Assembly: GCA_029245865.1 (NCBI GenBank)
Contig: JAQWOM010000043.1
Coordinates: forward strand, 76,846-140,845
DNA from: Planctomycetota bacterium
Lineage (GTDB): Bacteria; Planctomycetota; B15-G4
Length of the DNA stretch: 64,000 nucleotides
Reading direction: 5' to 3'
A program made the position numbers and the translations under genes. Below the pieces are notes generated by a model. The model did no database searches and was not told the DNA's origin. It saw only the letters and a program-made list of their open reading frames with translations. Position 1 is the first letter of the stretch. The number at the start of each line of letters is the position of its first letter. Below are positions 38,252-47,876 of the stretch, one piece after another.

Positions 38252-40678
38252 TCAGGCTCGCCGATGATCCACATCGTCTGGCAAAGCGATCATCGCCCTC
38301 ACCTCGATATCCTCGTAGGCCAGGCGGTGGTCAGCTCGAACAAAGATCTGCTTACCTCCCTGGATTTCGAGCTCCACCAGCAGTTTCTTCTGGGTGTTGA
38401 GGACAGCTTCGGCCACCTCCGGGCGCACCGTGACAACCAGCACCGAGCCTGGCCGCCAGAGGTTTTCACGAACCTTCCGGACCGTGGCGAGACAGGACGT
38501 CTCATCCGAGGGAATGAACCCCGTGCTCTCGCAATACGGGCACTTCTGGTGCACCGTCCGCTTGAGACTCGGGCGCACCCGCTGACGAGTCATCTCCAGG
38601 ATGCCGAAAGGCGAAAAGCGCGCGACCTTGATGCGCGCCCGATCCTTGCGGAGTTCGTCCTTGAAGAGGCGCTCGAGCTGCTTCCTGTGCTTCTCGAAAC
38701 GCATGTCGATGAAGTCCAGCACCACCACACCGCCGAGATCGCGAAGCCTCAGTTGACGTGCAATCTCCACGGCAGCTTCGCAGTTCACGGCAAAGGCGGT
38801 GTCATCGATACTCTTCGTCTGAGTGGGCTTAAAGCGCCCCGAGTTCACATCGATCGCAACGAGCGCCTCTGTCTGCTCGATCACCAGCGACGCGCCAGAC
38901 TTCAACTCCAGCCGACTCTCAAGAAGGCGGCCGAGCTCTGTCTCAATCCCGTAATGGCTGAAGAGTGGCTTCTCCTCCGCGTAGGTCTGAATCTTCTCGA
39001 CCTTCTCGGGCATGATCTGCCCGATGAACTCACGCGCAGTGTCTGCTGTCGCTTCATCGTCAATGACGATCTCGCCCTCACCATCGTAGAGGTCGCGCAA
39101 GGTGCGGATCACGAGATCATTCTCCTGGTACAGCAAGACCGGTGCCTTGTGTTCCACAGAGCGGGTCTGCATCTGCTCCCACAACCGCAGCAGATAATCG
39201 AGATCTCGCTGGAGGTCCTCCTGACTACAACCGCTGCCAGCCGTTCGGACGATAAAGCCGAGACCATCCGGCGCCTCGAGTTGGCCGACGATCTTCTTCA
39301 GTCGTTCACGATCCGCGTTGCTGCTGACCTTTCGCGACACGCCGCGCTTTTGAATACCCGGCATGAGCACAATGAATCGTCCTGGAATCGAGAGATATGT
39401 GGTCAGCGTCGGGCCCTTCGTGCCGATGCCATCCTTGATCACCTGAACGATGATCTCCTGACCCTTTTGCAGCACGTCCTCGATCGCGGGCATCTGCCGG
39501 GAATCACGCGCACCGCTCTTTCCACCACGACCACCGCGTCGCCCACTCCGGCCTCCCCGCCGACCGTTTTTGCGACCATCGCGACGGCGACTCCCCCCCT
39601 TTTCACCTTCACTTCCGCCATCATCGTTGTCAGAGGTTTCTACAGGCTCTGCCTCTCCGGTGGCTGACCCCTCAGGGTCCTCCGCCGTTGCCACCCCTCC
39701 GCCGTCACCACTGGACGCTGCAGAGGCGGCCGCCCCACGACGCCCACCACGACGTCGGCGACGTCGAGACGGACGCGGGCGCGCCTCGGTTTCCGACTCG
39801 CTCCCAGCGACTGCATTTCCTTCTTCTGGGGTTGAACCATTCGAGTCGCCAGACTCGTCGTCAGCTTCCGCGCTGCCAGCCTCTTGATCGTCTTCTTCAG
39901 CGTCTTCTTCAGCGTCTTCAGCTTCGTCTTCAGCTTCAGCCGTTGCCCCATGGATCTCTGCCACGCTGTCGTCCGTTGGCGCGGACGCCCCATCGTCTGC
40001 TTCGCCCGCGTTCGCGGCCCCCTCTTCCTCACCATCGAGGTCCTCGGCCTGAGTTCCTCTCGCCACGTCGATGTCTTCTCCTGTCCAGGGATCCAGGAGA
40101 TTGTCGGGGCTGTAAGAGAACTCTTCTTCGTCGTCGTGGTCGTGATCGTCCCCCGAGGAAGCCTCCTCTTCGGCACCTGACGATTCGCCCTCCGAGGAAG
40201 CCTCCACTTCGGCGGACTCGGGCTCTTCGCTGCTGGCGACTTCTCCTTCAGAGGCAGAGGCCTCTCCCCCCGCCTCCTCCGCGGGAGTCTCCTCGGCAGG
40301 CTCTTCTTCTGTCGCCTTCGCGGCGGGCTTCACAACATCCTCGTCGTGAGCCACTTCCCGAGCCGCCTGCACGGTCGCCAAAAGACCTTTGGCCTCGTCA
40401 CCGACAGCTGACATGCAGAGGTCGGAGACGTGCAGGAAACCCTGCCGGCTGTGCCCGAACTCGATGAAGGCCGCGCCGATCGACTTCTCGACGTTGGTGA
40501 CCTTGGCCTTGTAAACGTTCCCCAGGGTGCTCCCCAGGGACTGGCGCTCGATGTAGTACTCCTCGAGTCGCCCGGACTGCAGGATCGCTATCCGACTTTC
40601 ATCGGGCTCACTTGCGTTGATGAGCAGCTTGCGACCACCTGCTGCTCCTGAGTTACTGCTACGGCGTCTTCTGGCCAT
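38252..40678 (-). CDS. rne: Rne/Rng family ribonuclease with large insertion in the S1 domain
   Basis: GNVYKAKV, AAFI, GFLH, QVIKDGIGTKGPTLT, IDVNSG, LRDLGGVVVLDFIDM, CPYC zinc link. Confidence 0.93.
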   Translation of the reverse strand: MARRRRSSNSGAAGGRKLLINASEPDESRIAILQSGRLEEYYIERQSLGSTLGNVYKAKVTNVEKSIGAAFIEFGHSRQGFLHVSDLCMSAVGDEAKGLLATVQAAREVAHDEDVVKPAAKATEEEPAEETPAEEAGGEASASEGEVASSEEPESAEVEASSEGESSGAEEEASSGDDHDHDDEEEFSYSPDNLLDPWTGEDIDVARGTQAEDLDGEEEGAANAGEADDGASAPTDDSVAEIHGATAEAEDEAEDAEEDAEEDDQEAGSAEADDESGDSNGSTPEEGNAVAGSESETEARPRPSRRRRRRGGRRGAAASAASSGDGGGVATAEDPEGSATGEAEPVETSDNDDGGSEGEKGGSRRRDGRKNGRRGGRSGRRGGRGGKSGARDSRQMPAIEDVLQKGQEIIVQVIKDGIGTKGPTLTTYLSIPGRFIVLMPGIQKRGVSRKVSSNADRERLKKIVGQLEAPDGLGFIVRTAGSGCSQEDLQRDLDYLLRLWEQMQTRSVEHKAPVLLYQENDLVIRTLRDLYDGEGEIVIDDEATADTAREFIGQIMPEKVEKIQTYAEEKPLFSHYGIETELGRLLESRLELKSGASLVIEQTEALVAIDVNSGRFKPTQTKSIDDTAFAVNCEAAVEIARQLRLRDLGGVVVLDFIDMRFEKHRKQLERLFKDELRKDRARIKVARFSPFGILEMTRQRVRPSLKRTVHQKCPYCESTGFIPSDETSCLATVRKVRENLWRPGSVLVVTVRPEVAEAVLNTQKKLLVELEIQGGKQIFVRADHRLAYEDIEVRAMIALPDDVDHRRA

Positions 40679-41346
40679 GTTTCGGCTCCTTGACGTCGCT
40701 CCACTGCAGCCAACTTCGTGAACACCCCAAACCCCGGGGGCTCGCCTCCCATCTCCTGTGTGAGTTGGACAAGTGCTTCTGCCAACAAACCAGGTCTCGG
40801 AGGACGTCCATCCACGGCAACAAGGTCCACGAGAAGATGGGGGCCAGCCCCCTCTTCATTCAGGCATCCACCACGCAAAAACGACCGTACATCGACGGTT
40901 CGTTCCCGGCGGGGATCCTTCACGTGAAACTCCTTGCGCGTCAGCAATGCGGTAAGCGCGTCGGCTACGGACCTCTCACCAGAAACCAGATCCATGCGAT
41001 AGCGGACGGTGGGCATGTCCTCCGGGGGTGACCCCCGACGAACGTCCACCACACCCACACTCTCAGGGAGTGCAGGTTCCAACCTCGCCCGGATCTCTTC
41101 CGGCTGCAGGTCCTCGTTCAGGATCAAGCGTATCCATTCTCCGGTCGAAGCCACTCCCAGCGGGAGGGCATCCGAGAACGTCAACTTGATCCGTGGGTTG
41201 AATCCTTGCGTGTACTGCACGGGAAGCTCACTGCGTCGCAGCGAGCGCTCGATAAGTCGAAGAAAGTCGAGCTGACCCATGAAACGTGCGTCTCCTTGCT
41301 TGGAGACACAGAGGCTTATGGGGTGCCGCACGTCGCTATCGAGCAT
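40588..41346 (-). CDS. Radical SAM-linked protein (DUF2344/TIGR03936-like)
   Basis: KQGDARFMGQLD, RSLRR, YTQGFNPRIKLTFSDALPLGVAS.GE; usual position upstream of rne. Confidence 0.8.
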   Translation of the reverse strand: MLDSDVRHPISLCVSKQGDARFMGQLDFLRLIERSLRRSELPVQYTQGFNPRIKLTFSDALPLGVASTGEWIRLILNEDLQPEEIRARLEPALPESVGVVDVRRGSPPEDMPTVRYRMDLVSGERSVADALTALLTRKEFHVKDPRRERTVDVRSFLRGGCLNEEGAGPHLLVDLVAVDGRPPRPGLLAEALVQLTQEMGGEPPGFGVFTKLAAVERRQGAETWPEDAVAVTQEQQVVASCSSTQVSPMKVG

Positions 41347-41459
41347 CGAGTCCCGTCCTGGGCAGTTGCCGCCCCGAATCCATTCGGTTTCAGCACTGCC
41401 CTGTCCCAGACAGGATAAGACCCCTGCCCGCACAGACAAGCACCGACGACCAATCCGCC

Positions 41460-41753
41460 TTAAATCTCACCGAATCCGGCAGAGATAAGCTCATCGAGTG
41501 CCTGGAGGACCTCCTGGGCTTGGGGGCCCATGGCCACAATTTCCAACTCGCAGCCCTGCGCGCCCTGCAAACGCATCATGTCGAGCACACTCGCCCCATC
41601 CGCCTCCCCGCCGGGGCCGCCGACCCGAACCGAGGCCTCAAAACGAGCCACCGTCCGGACGAACTCACTGATCGGACGTGCATGGAGACCCAGCGGATTC
41701 ACAACACGGACCCGCTGCCGGAGTTCGACTTCAGAGTCGTCGCCGGGACTCAG
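41460..41753 (-). CDS. ptsH: Phosphocarrier protein HPr/NPr
   Basis: NPLGLHARP (phospho-His), DGASVLDMM, C-terminal FGE; probable CTG start at 41753. Confidence 0.9.
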   Translation of the reverse strand: MSPGDDSEVELRQRVRVVNPLGLHARPISEFVRTVARFEASVRVGGPGGEADGASVLDMMRLQGAQGCELEIVAMGPQAQEVLQALDELISAGFGEI

Positions 41754-42223
41754 GGTGCGTGCTCCTGGAGCACATCCAAAACGGCCTCAGCCGTCTGGGC
41801 TTGACGGATAAAACTCACGAAATCTGGGTCGCGGGCAGCCTGGCTGATCCACCTCAGCGTCGCCAGGTGCTCTTCTGAGCGGCTCTCGGGCGAGATCAGC
41901 ACCAGGAAAGCGTGCACGGGCTCCCCGTCAATCGCGCGAAAGTCCGCCCCTTCTCCAGAGCGCGCCACGATCCCAACAGCACGCTGCAACCCTGGAATCC
42001 GTGCGTGCGGAACAGCCACGCCCTTGCCAAAGGCCGTGCTGCCACGCGACTCGCGCTCAATCAACGACGCGAGAACCTGTTCCTTTCGAGTTTTCGGCAA
42101 GGCCTTGCATCGAATCGCGTGCGTCACCAAGGCTTCGAGAATCTCATCTTTCGAGCCGAGAGGAAGCTCAAGGAGAACCGCTTCGAGAGTGAAGACATCG
42201 AGCAGGGGAGCGGGAGAACTCAT
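41750..42223 (-). CDS. ptsN: PTS IIA(Ntr)-like protein
   Basis: RESRGSTAFGKGVAVPHAR, DFRAIDGEPV, HLATL. Confidence 0.9.
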   Translation of the reverse strand: MSSPAPLLDVFTLEAVLLELPLGSKDEILEALVTHAIRCKALPKTRKEQVLASLIERESRGSTAFGKGVAVPHARIPGLQRAVGIVARSGEGADFRAIDGEPVHAFLVLISPESRSEEHLATLRWISQAARDPDFVSFIRQAQTAEAVLDVLQEHAP

Positions 42224-42546
42224 AGATGCCTCTTTGCACTTTGGCCACGGTGATGATCTTTCAGGCGTTCTTTGGCTTTCACGACCTGCCGTTCTAGTTT
42301 TTCGACGACGCGATCGATACAGGCCATGACCGAGGAATTCATGGCATGCCCGACAAAGTGCATGTTGTGACCCGCAGAAACGATCACTTCGACGCAATGC
42401 TCCTCGTGTTCCCTGTCGAGAATGATCTCGATGTGCTGCACTTGGTCGAAATATCGGGCAAGCTTCTCGACTTTTTGTCGAGCGTAGTCTCTGACCTCCT
42501 CGGCGTGCTGCTCATGCCGATCGGTCAAATCAATTCGCAACGTCAT
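42220..42546 (-). CDS. hpf: Ribosome hibernation promoting factor (short HPF/RaiA)
   Basis: VRDYARQKVEKLARYFD, IDRVVEKLERQV.K.KERLKDH. Confidence 0.92.
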   Translation of the reverse strand: MTLRIDLTDRHEQHAEEVRDYARQKVEKLARYFDQVQHIEIILDREHEEHCVEVIVSAGHNMHFVGHAMNSSVMACIDRVVEKLERQVVKAKERLKDHHRGQSAKRHL

Positions 42547-42618
42547 GCGCAATTTCCAGGCAAAGAGGAGTCGCAACCAACCCAGGGACGAAGATCTAAG
42601 TGCTGACCGCGTGAGGGA

Positions 42619-43464
42619 TCAGGATAGCAGCCCCCGGCGTCGTGCGCCTCCCCGCGGGTCGGGCTCATAGTCCACTCGCCAGAGAAAGAGAGCATGAGCC
42701 GGCAGCGAGGCCGGCGCGAGAGACCGGTCGGCTGCCGCCAGCATCTCAGGAATCGAGTCCGGGTGAAGACCACCCAGCCCCACATCTACCAGGAGAGCCG
42801 AGAGCAACCGGACCATCCCGTAGAGAAAGCCCTCCCCCGTCACGACCAAACGGACAGCGTGCCGTGAGCTCAGGACTCGAACGGACTGAACGGACCTGAC
42901 CGTTCCGCGATTCTCGGGCATGACCTTGCTCAAAGTCGTGAAATCGTGACGCCCCACCAGTTCCCGAGCTGCCCGCCGCATGGCGCCCACGTCCAGAGAG
43001 GCCGGCACGGCCACGTGCGTCCCACGGAGATGAGGGGGCACAGAGCGCTGCACCGAACGCATGCCTCCCGAGGCCCTCGAGAGGTACAACTGGTAGACGT
43101 AGGTTTTCCGCACTGCGGCATGCCTCGCGTGAAAATCGGCCTCGGCGGGCACGAGGCTGACAGGCCGGATATCCACAGGCAGAACGCCGGCCAAAGCCCC
43201 GCCAAGACGCACCAGAGGAAGTTGGCTGGGATCGTCGAAGTGGAGCACCTGCCCCAAAGCGTGGACACCGGCATCGGTGCGCCCCGAGCCCCAGACCGGG
43301 ACCGGCTCACCCCGCCCGAGGATTTCACCGAGCGATTCTTCCAGCACTCCCTGCACGGTCAACTGCTCAGGCTGGACGGCCCAACCCGAAAAGCGCGCGC
43401 CATCGTAAGCCACGGTGAGGCAACGCCTGGGGGACGCGCTCCCGCTTGCAGCGCCTTCCGCCAC
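42619..43464 (-). CDS. truA: tRNA pseudouridine(38-40) synthase
   Basis: AYDGARFSGW..QP, GSGRTDAGVHALGQV, FHAR, GRHDF, FLYGMVR. Confidence 0.95.
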   Translation of the reverse strand: MAEGAASGSASPRRCLTVAYDGARFSGWAVQPEQLTVQGVLEESLGEILGRGEPVPVWGSGRTDAGVHALGQVLHFDDPSQLPLVRLGGALAGVLPVDIRPVSLVPAEADFHARHAAVRKTYVYQLYLSRASGGMRSVQRSVPPHLRGTHVAVPASLDVGAMRRAARELVGRHDFTTLSKVMPENRGTVRSVQSVRVLSSRHAVRLVVTGEGFLYGMVRLLSALLVDVGLGGLHPDSIPEMLAAADRSLAPASLPAHALFLWRVDYEPDPRGGARRRGLLS

Positions 43465-43467
43465 GGG

Positions 43468-44874
43468 TCAGCCGTAAACCCGTCGAGCGCGGGACGAGCC
43501 GATCTTCATCGCCTTGCGGTACTTGGTCACCGTGCGGCGCGCAATATCGAGCCCATGACCCTGCTTGAGAATGCCCACAATGCTCTCGTCCGAGAGAGGC
43601 TTCGACTTGGACTCCTCGTCAATAATCTTCCGGACAAGCTCCTGAACGGACGCGCGGGACGTGGCATCGCCCGACCCTTTCGAACCTGCCGAAGCGACCT
43701 CTCCTGTGAAGAGGGCTTTCATCGGAACGATCCCACGGGGCGTCTGCATGTACTTGCCGCTGACCGCACGACTGATCGTGCTCACGTGAACACCCAGCGC
43801 GTCGGCGACTTCTTGCATCCGCAGGGGATGCAGAGCGGCCTTTCCATGATCGATGAACTCTGACTGGCGATTGACCAGTTCGCTGGCCACCCGAAACAAC
43901 GTGTTCTTGCGCTGCTCGACGGCATCGATCAGGGACTGCGCACTTTCGATCTTCGAGCGAATGTGCTTTCGCAGTTCTGTGGGCTGGCTCCGGTCCCGTG
44001 CGCGATCGATCGAACGGCGCGAAATCGTCAGTGTTGGAATCCAGTCATTCTCCAGGGCGATCTCGTAATCATCGCCCACCCGACTGACAACAACATCCGG
44101 CCGAACATGTGGAACCTCACGCCGACTGAAACTCCGGCCGGGTATGGGATCCAGATGACTGATCTCTTCGATCGCAGCCAGCACTCGCTCCACCGTCTCC
44201 CCCACCTCGCGCACGATCTTCGGGATTCGATTGTGAGCGATGTCGTCCAGGTGTTGGATCACAAGCGAGGCCAAGAGCTGATAATCCGGACGGTCGTCAT
44301 CGATCTGCAGCAACAAACACTCGACAAGATCTCGACATCCGACACCGCGGGGCTCAAAGCCCTGGACGATATGCAGGGCGTGCTCTTTTTCGTCAACAGA
44401 AGCAGGGGGCGAGAGACCATCGTCGAGTTCGGCGAGTTCCATGGCCAACCACCCTCGATCATTCAACGCATCCAGGATCGCTCGGGCCACGGCCCGCTCA
44501 CGCGCACCCAACTCGAGCACATCGAGCTGTTCGGCGAGATGGTCATGAAGAGTGACCGGCGCGGCGCTGACAGCCTCGAGATAGTCGGTGCGTGAGATGC
44601 GCTCTTCGCTGGCCGCTGGTTTCCACTCGGGATCCTCGTTGTACAGCTCTTCAAGGCGCTCGTCTCCGAGTTCCTCTTGGCCATCCTCCCCGTCGCCATC
44701 GCCCTCACCGGACTCGGCATCCACCTGCAACACTTCATTTTCCTGCAACTCCTGCTGAACCATGTTGGCGAGATCGAGCGCCGGGAGTTGCAACACTTCG
44801 ATGCGCTGGAGGATCTGGGGCGAAAGCCTCAGTTGTAAATCCGGCCGAACGGACTGGTTCAGCCCAAGCTTCAC
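43468..44874 (-). CDS. rpoN: RNA polymerase sigma-54 factor
   Basis: Gln/Leu-rich region I, HVSTISRA helix-turn-helix, RpoN box ARRTVTKYR. Confidence 0.97.
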   Translation of the reverse strand: MKLGLNQSVRPDLQLRLSPQILQRIEVLQLPALDLANMVQQELQENEVLQVDAESGEGDGDGEDGQEELGDERLEELYNEDPEWKPAASEERISRTDYLEAVSAAPVTLHDHLAEQLDVLELGARERAVARAILDALNDRGWLAMELAELDDGLSPPASVDEKEHALHIVQGFEPRGVGCRDLVECLLLQIDDDRPDYQLLASLVIQHLDDIAHNRIPKIVREVGETVERVLAAIEEISHLDPIPGRSFSRREVPHVRPDVVVSRVGDDYEIALENDWIPTLTISRRSIDRARDRSQPTELRKHIRSKIESAQSLIDAVEQRKNTLFRVASELVNRQSEFIDHGKAALHPLRMQEVADALGVHVSTISRAVSGKYMQTPRGIVPMKALFTGEVASAGSKGSGDATSRASVQELVRKIIDEESKSKPLSDESIVGILKQGHGLDIARRTVTKYRKAMKIGSSRARRVYG

Positions 44875-45476
44875 GAAGGAGAGTCCATGCTGGAACGGCC
44901 GCTCAACGCATCCGAAAGCATGGCCGCATTGCTGTACTCGATGGCGCTGCCAGAAGCGACACCACGCGCGATGCGTGAAACAGTGACATCTGTCGAGTCC
45001 AGACTCCGCCGGACATGCAACGCAGTGGCATCACCTTCGTAATCGGGGTTCGTCGCCAGAATGACCTCTTTGACCTCTCCCTCTTCCACACGCTCCAGGA
45101 GGCTCTCAATCGTCAGGTCACTCGCTTCGATACCCTCCAGCGGATTCACATGCCCGAGCAACACGTGGTATCGACCACTCCAGCCGGCGTCCTCGAAGGC
45201 GGGCACATCGCGCGGTTGCTCGACGACAAGAACGCGAGTTCCATCACGACTCGAATCCGTGCAAACGCTACACGGACTTCGGTCGGCCAGGTTGTGACAC
45301 ACTTCACACGCCACAACGCTTGCAGCCAAAGCCTCCAAAGCTTCCGTCAATTCCTGAACCTGACCTGTCGGCGCTCGCAATAGATGGAACGTCAAGCGCT
45401 CGGCGGTCCGCGTCCCCACTCCGGGGAGAGTACGGAACGCCTCGATCAGTCGTGTGACGGCGGGAGGGTACGCCAT
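44871..45476 (-). CDS. recR: Recombination mediator RecR
   Basis: LPGVGTRTAERL, C4 zinc finger, YHVL.G, EVILATN..EGDATA. Confidence 0.96.
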   Translation of the reverse strand: MAYPPAVTRLIEAFRTLPGVGTRTAERLTFHLLRAPTGQVQELTEALEALAASVVACEVCHNLADRSPCSVCTDSSRDGTRVLVVEQPRDVPAFEDAGWSGRYHVLLGHVNPLEGIEASDLTIESLLERVEEGEVKEVILATNPDYEGDATALHVRRSLDSTDVTVSRIARGVASGSAIEYSNAAMLSDALSGRSSMDSPS

Positions 45477-45481
45477 GATGG

Positions 45482-45787
45482 TCAGAACTCGGGCAACTCA
45501 AGGCCACCAGCAAGGCGCGCGCGCTGCTCCTCGCGATAGGCACGGCTGCCCTCGGTCGCCTGACGCAAAGCAGCCATCAAAGTTTGCTCGATGAGCGAGG
45601 CGTCCCCGGTCTCGACCAGAGCCGGATCGATGGTGAGAGCCACCACATCCCCGGCGCCATTCACTTTGACCACGACGGCACCGGAACCAGCGCTTCCTTC
45701 CGTCTCATGAGCCTTCAGGTGCTCGTCCAGTTCGGCGAGTGCCTTCTCGAGGTTCTTGGCCTTCTCTAGAAGATGGCGAAAGTCCAT
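45482..45787 (-). CDS. ybaB: YbaB/EbfC nucleoid-associated protein
   Basis: EGSAGSGAVVVKVNG, IDP; between dnaX and recR. Confidence 0.92.
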   Translation of the reverse strand: MDFRHLLEKAKNLEKALAELDEHLKAHETEGSAGSGAVVVKVNGAGDVVALTIDPALVETGDASLIEQTLMAALRQATEGSRAYREEQRARLAGGLELPEF

Positions 45788-45859
45788 CGGGACCCTCCAA
45801 GACGTGTTTCGGTGTACCCGGCTTCAGATCGGGCCCACCCGATCCTGCCCGAGACATGG

Positions 45860-47548
45860 CTAGAAGTCGACTCTCTCCGCACCAGGCCACTGCTCTTCGA
45901 TGCTCTTTCCAATCTCACCAGCAGCCGGAGAACCAGGGCGTACAGGCGGTCGTGCCTGCTGTGATTCATTTTCAATCAAACGAAAGCTCAGCTTGCGCCC
46001 CTCGACGCCAGAGGCCACTTCGGCCAGTTGATCACGAAGCGCCGGGTCCGAGGATGGGTCATGGAGCGGGGAGGCGCCATCGGCAGGCATCGACATGACA
46101 AGGCAGTCGCCACTCACCGCAATCCCGCCGTAACGGGTTAGCTCCAGACGCAAGGAACGCGAGGGCAGCGCCTCGAGAAACCGGCTTCGAAAATCAGTGA
46201 GTTTGGCCGGAGTCACTTTCGGGCGTTCCGGCTGCTTGGCCGGAACTGGCGGAGAAGGAACCGGACTGCCCCAGGCATCTGTTTCCGTTGCCTGTGCCTG
46301 TGCCTTTGGCGGCGTACTCGGCGTACTCGGCGTACTCGAAGAAGTCTGGGGCGGAGGAGCATTCGGCCGGGCCGTCGAAGCCGGCTGCCGGCCAGAAGAA
46401 GCCCGTACCGGCGGAGTGCTCGGCTCGGGCTCCCCCGCGAGAAGATCCGCCACGGGCTGAAGGTGATTCAGACGAGCCAGCGTGATGAGTGACATCTCCA
46501 CCACCAACCGCCCATCATGCCGCCGTCGAAGCCTCTCAGAGGCTTCGACCAGCACATCCAGCATCGCCAGCATGTGATCCACCGAACTCTCTGCCGCCAG
46601 CTTCCCGAGCAAGACCTGCTCTTCCGGCGTCCTGTCGGCGGCTTCACCCCCTGCACAGGTCACCAACACGCTCTCGATGAGTTCCGTGAGTTGCGCGACG
46701 AGGTCCGCTGGCCGCGCCCCCCGACCGAGAGCATCCCCGGCAGCCTGCACAATCTCGTCGACCCGGCCGGCAAGCGCCGAGCGCACGATCGCTTCGAGCA
46801 ACTCGGGCGGCAAACGTCCGGTGAGACGTTCGAAGTCGTCGACAACCGGGGCTCCCTCGCCAAAGGTGATGAGTTGATCGAGCAATGTCAGAGCATCGCG
46901 CATCCCACCGTTTGCATGCCGGGCAACACGCTCGAGCAGACCCTCGGGAACTTCCACCTCGTCAATCGTGCAAATCTGGGCGAGTCGGTCGGTGATCACT
47001 TCTGCCGTAAGCCGCCTGAAATCGAACATCTGACAACGCGAGCGAATGGTCTCGGGAACTTTGAGTGGCTCGGTCGTCGCCAGAATGAACTTGGCGTGAT
47101 CCGGTGGCTCTTCCAGCGTCTTCAACAAGGCGTTGAACGCCGCTGTCGAGAGCATATGCACCTCATCCACGATGTAGATGCGGTAACGAGACTCCACCGG
47201 ACGAAAGCGCAGGTTTTCGATCAGATCCCGGACGTTTTCGACCTTGTTGTGCGACGCCCCATCAATCTCGACGACATCCAGGCAATCCCCGCTCCCATCG
47301 ATGGCATGACAGACGTTGCATGAACCGCAGGGATCTCCTGCTTCGGCCTCATGGCAGTTGAAAGCTTTCGCCAAGATTCGCGCCATGGAGGTCTTGCCCA
47401 CGCCGCGCGGCCCGGAGAACAGGAACGCATGTCCCGCACGTCCATCACGGATGGCGGAATGAAGCACACGAGCGACGTCCGGCTGTCCGACGACCTCGCC
47501 AAACGAGCGAGGACGGAAGCGGTTAGCGAGAACGGTGTATCCAGCCAT
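45860..47548 (-). CDS. dnaX: DNA polymerase III subunit gamma/tau
   Basis: RPRSFGEVVGQ, GPRGVGKT, EIDGAS, DEVHMLS, LLKTLEEPP, SRC, GGMRDA. Confidence 0.97.
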   Translation of the reverse strand: MAGYTVLANRFRPRSFGEVVGQPDVARVLHSAIRDGRAGHAFLFSGPRGVGKTSMARILAKAFNCHEAEAGDPCGSCNVCHAIDGSGDCLDVVEIDGASHNKVENVRDLIENLRFRPVESRYRIYIVDEVHMLSTAAFNALLKTLEEPPDHAKFILATTEPLKVPETIRSRCQMFDFRRLTAEVITDRLAQICTIDEVEVPEGLLERVARHANGGMRDALTLLDQLITFGEGAPVVDDFERLTGRLPPELLEAIVRSALAGRVDEIVQAAGDALGRGARPADLVAQLTELIESVLVTCAGGEAADRTPEEQVLLGKLAAESSVDHMLAMLDVLVEASERLRRRHDGRLVVEMSLITLARLNHLQPVADLLAGEPEPSTPPVRASSGRQPASTARPNAPPPQTSSSTPSTPSTPPKAQAQATETDAWGSPVPSPPVPAKQPERPKVTPAKLTDFRSRFLEALPSRSLRLELTRYGGIAVSGDCLVMSMPADGASPLHDPSSDPALRDQLAEVASGVEGRKLSFRLIENESQQARPPVRPGSPAAGEIGKSIEEQWPGAERVDF

Positions 47549-47665
47549 GTGCAGGAGTCTATCAGCCGGCTCGACGTGAAGGAGGTTCTCCGCAGGAACC
47601 TTCGCGATCAGACTCCCCCGGCGGATTCCGAAAGGGTGCCCTCAAAGTGACAGGCACCCGCAGGA

Positions 47666-47780
47666 GCGCGCCAACGGAGGGGATCGGCAACACAATGAAG
47701 ACTGCGCTTAGGGCTGCTCCCGTCAGGGCCTGACCCGGTTCACGCGCTTCACTCGCCACCGACCCCCACCGTCGACGCGC
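47666..47780 (-). ncRNA. ffs: Signal recognition particle RNA (4.5S-type)
   Basis: Minus strand GGGTCAGGCCC-TGAC-GGGAGCAGCCC domain IV within a long hairpin closed by GCGCGTCGACGG/CCGTTGGCGCGC; classic position upstream of dnaX. Confidence 0.9.
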
Positions 47781-47876
47781 AGCCATCTCGGCTGAGACTC
47801 TTGGAAGACGCTCCAAGAACCCGGTCACGACAACATCATCCACATCCAAGAGGAACCATTGACTGACGCCTCATGG

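Noticed and set aside
38057..39667. Long plus-strand ORF (536 aa) and similar ones at 1167-2309, 2538-3800, 25370-26545, 37030-38079, 59212-60318
   Set aside because: Antisense to well-supported genes with no motifs; expected in high-GC DNA
45860..46500. Programmed frameshift in dnaX; 9-bp triple repeat near 46311-46338
   Set aside because: No A-AAA-AAG or poly-A slippery site noticed; the repeat just encodes (STP)3 in the linker
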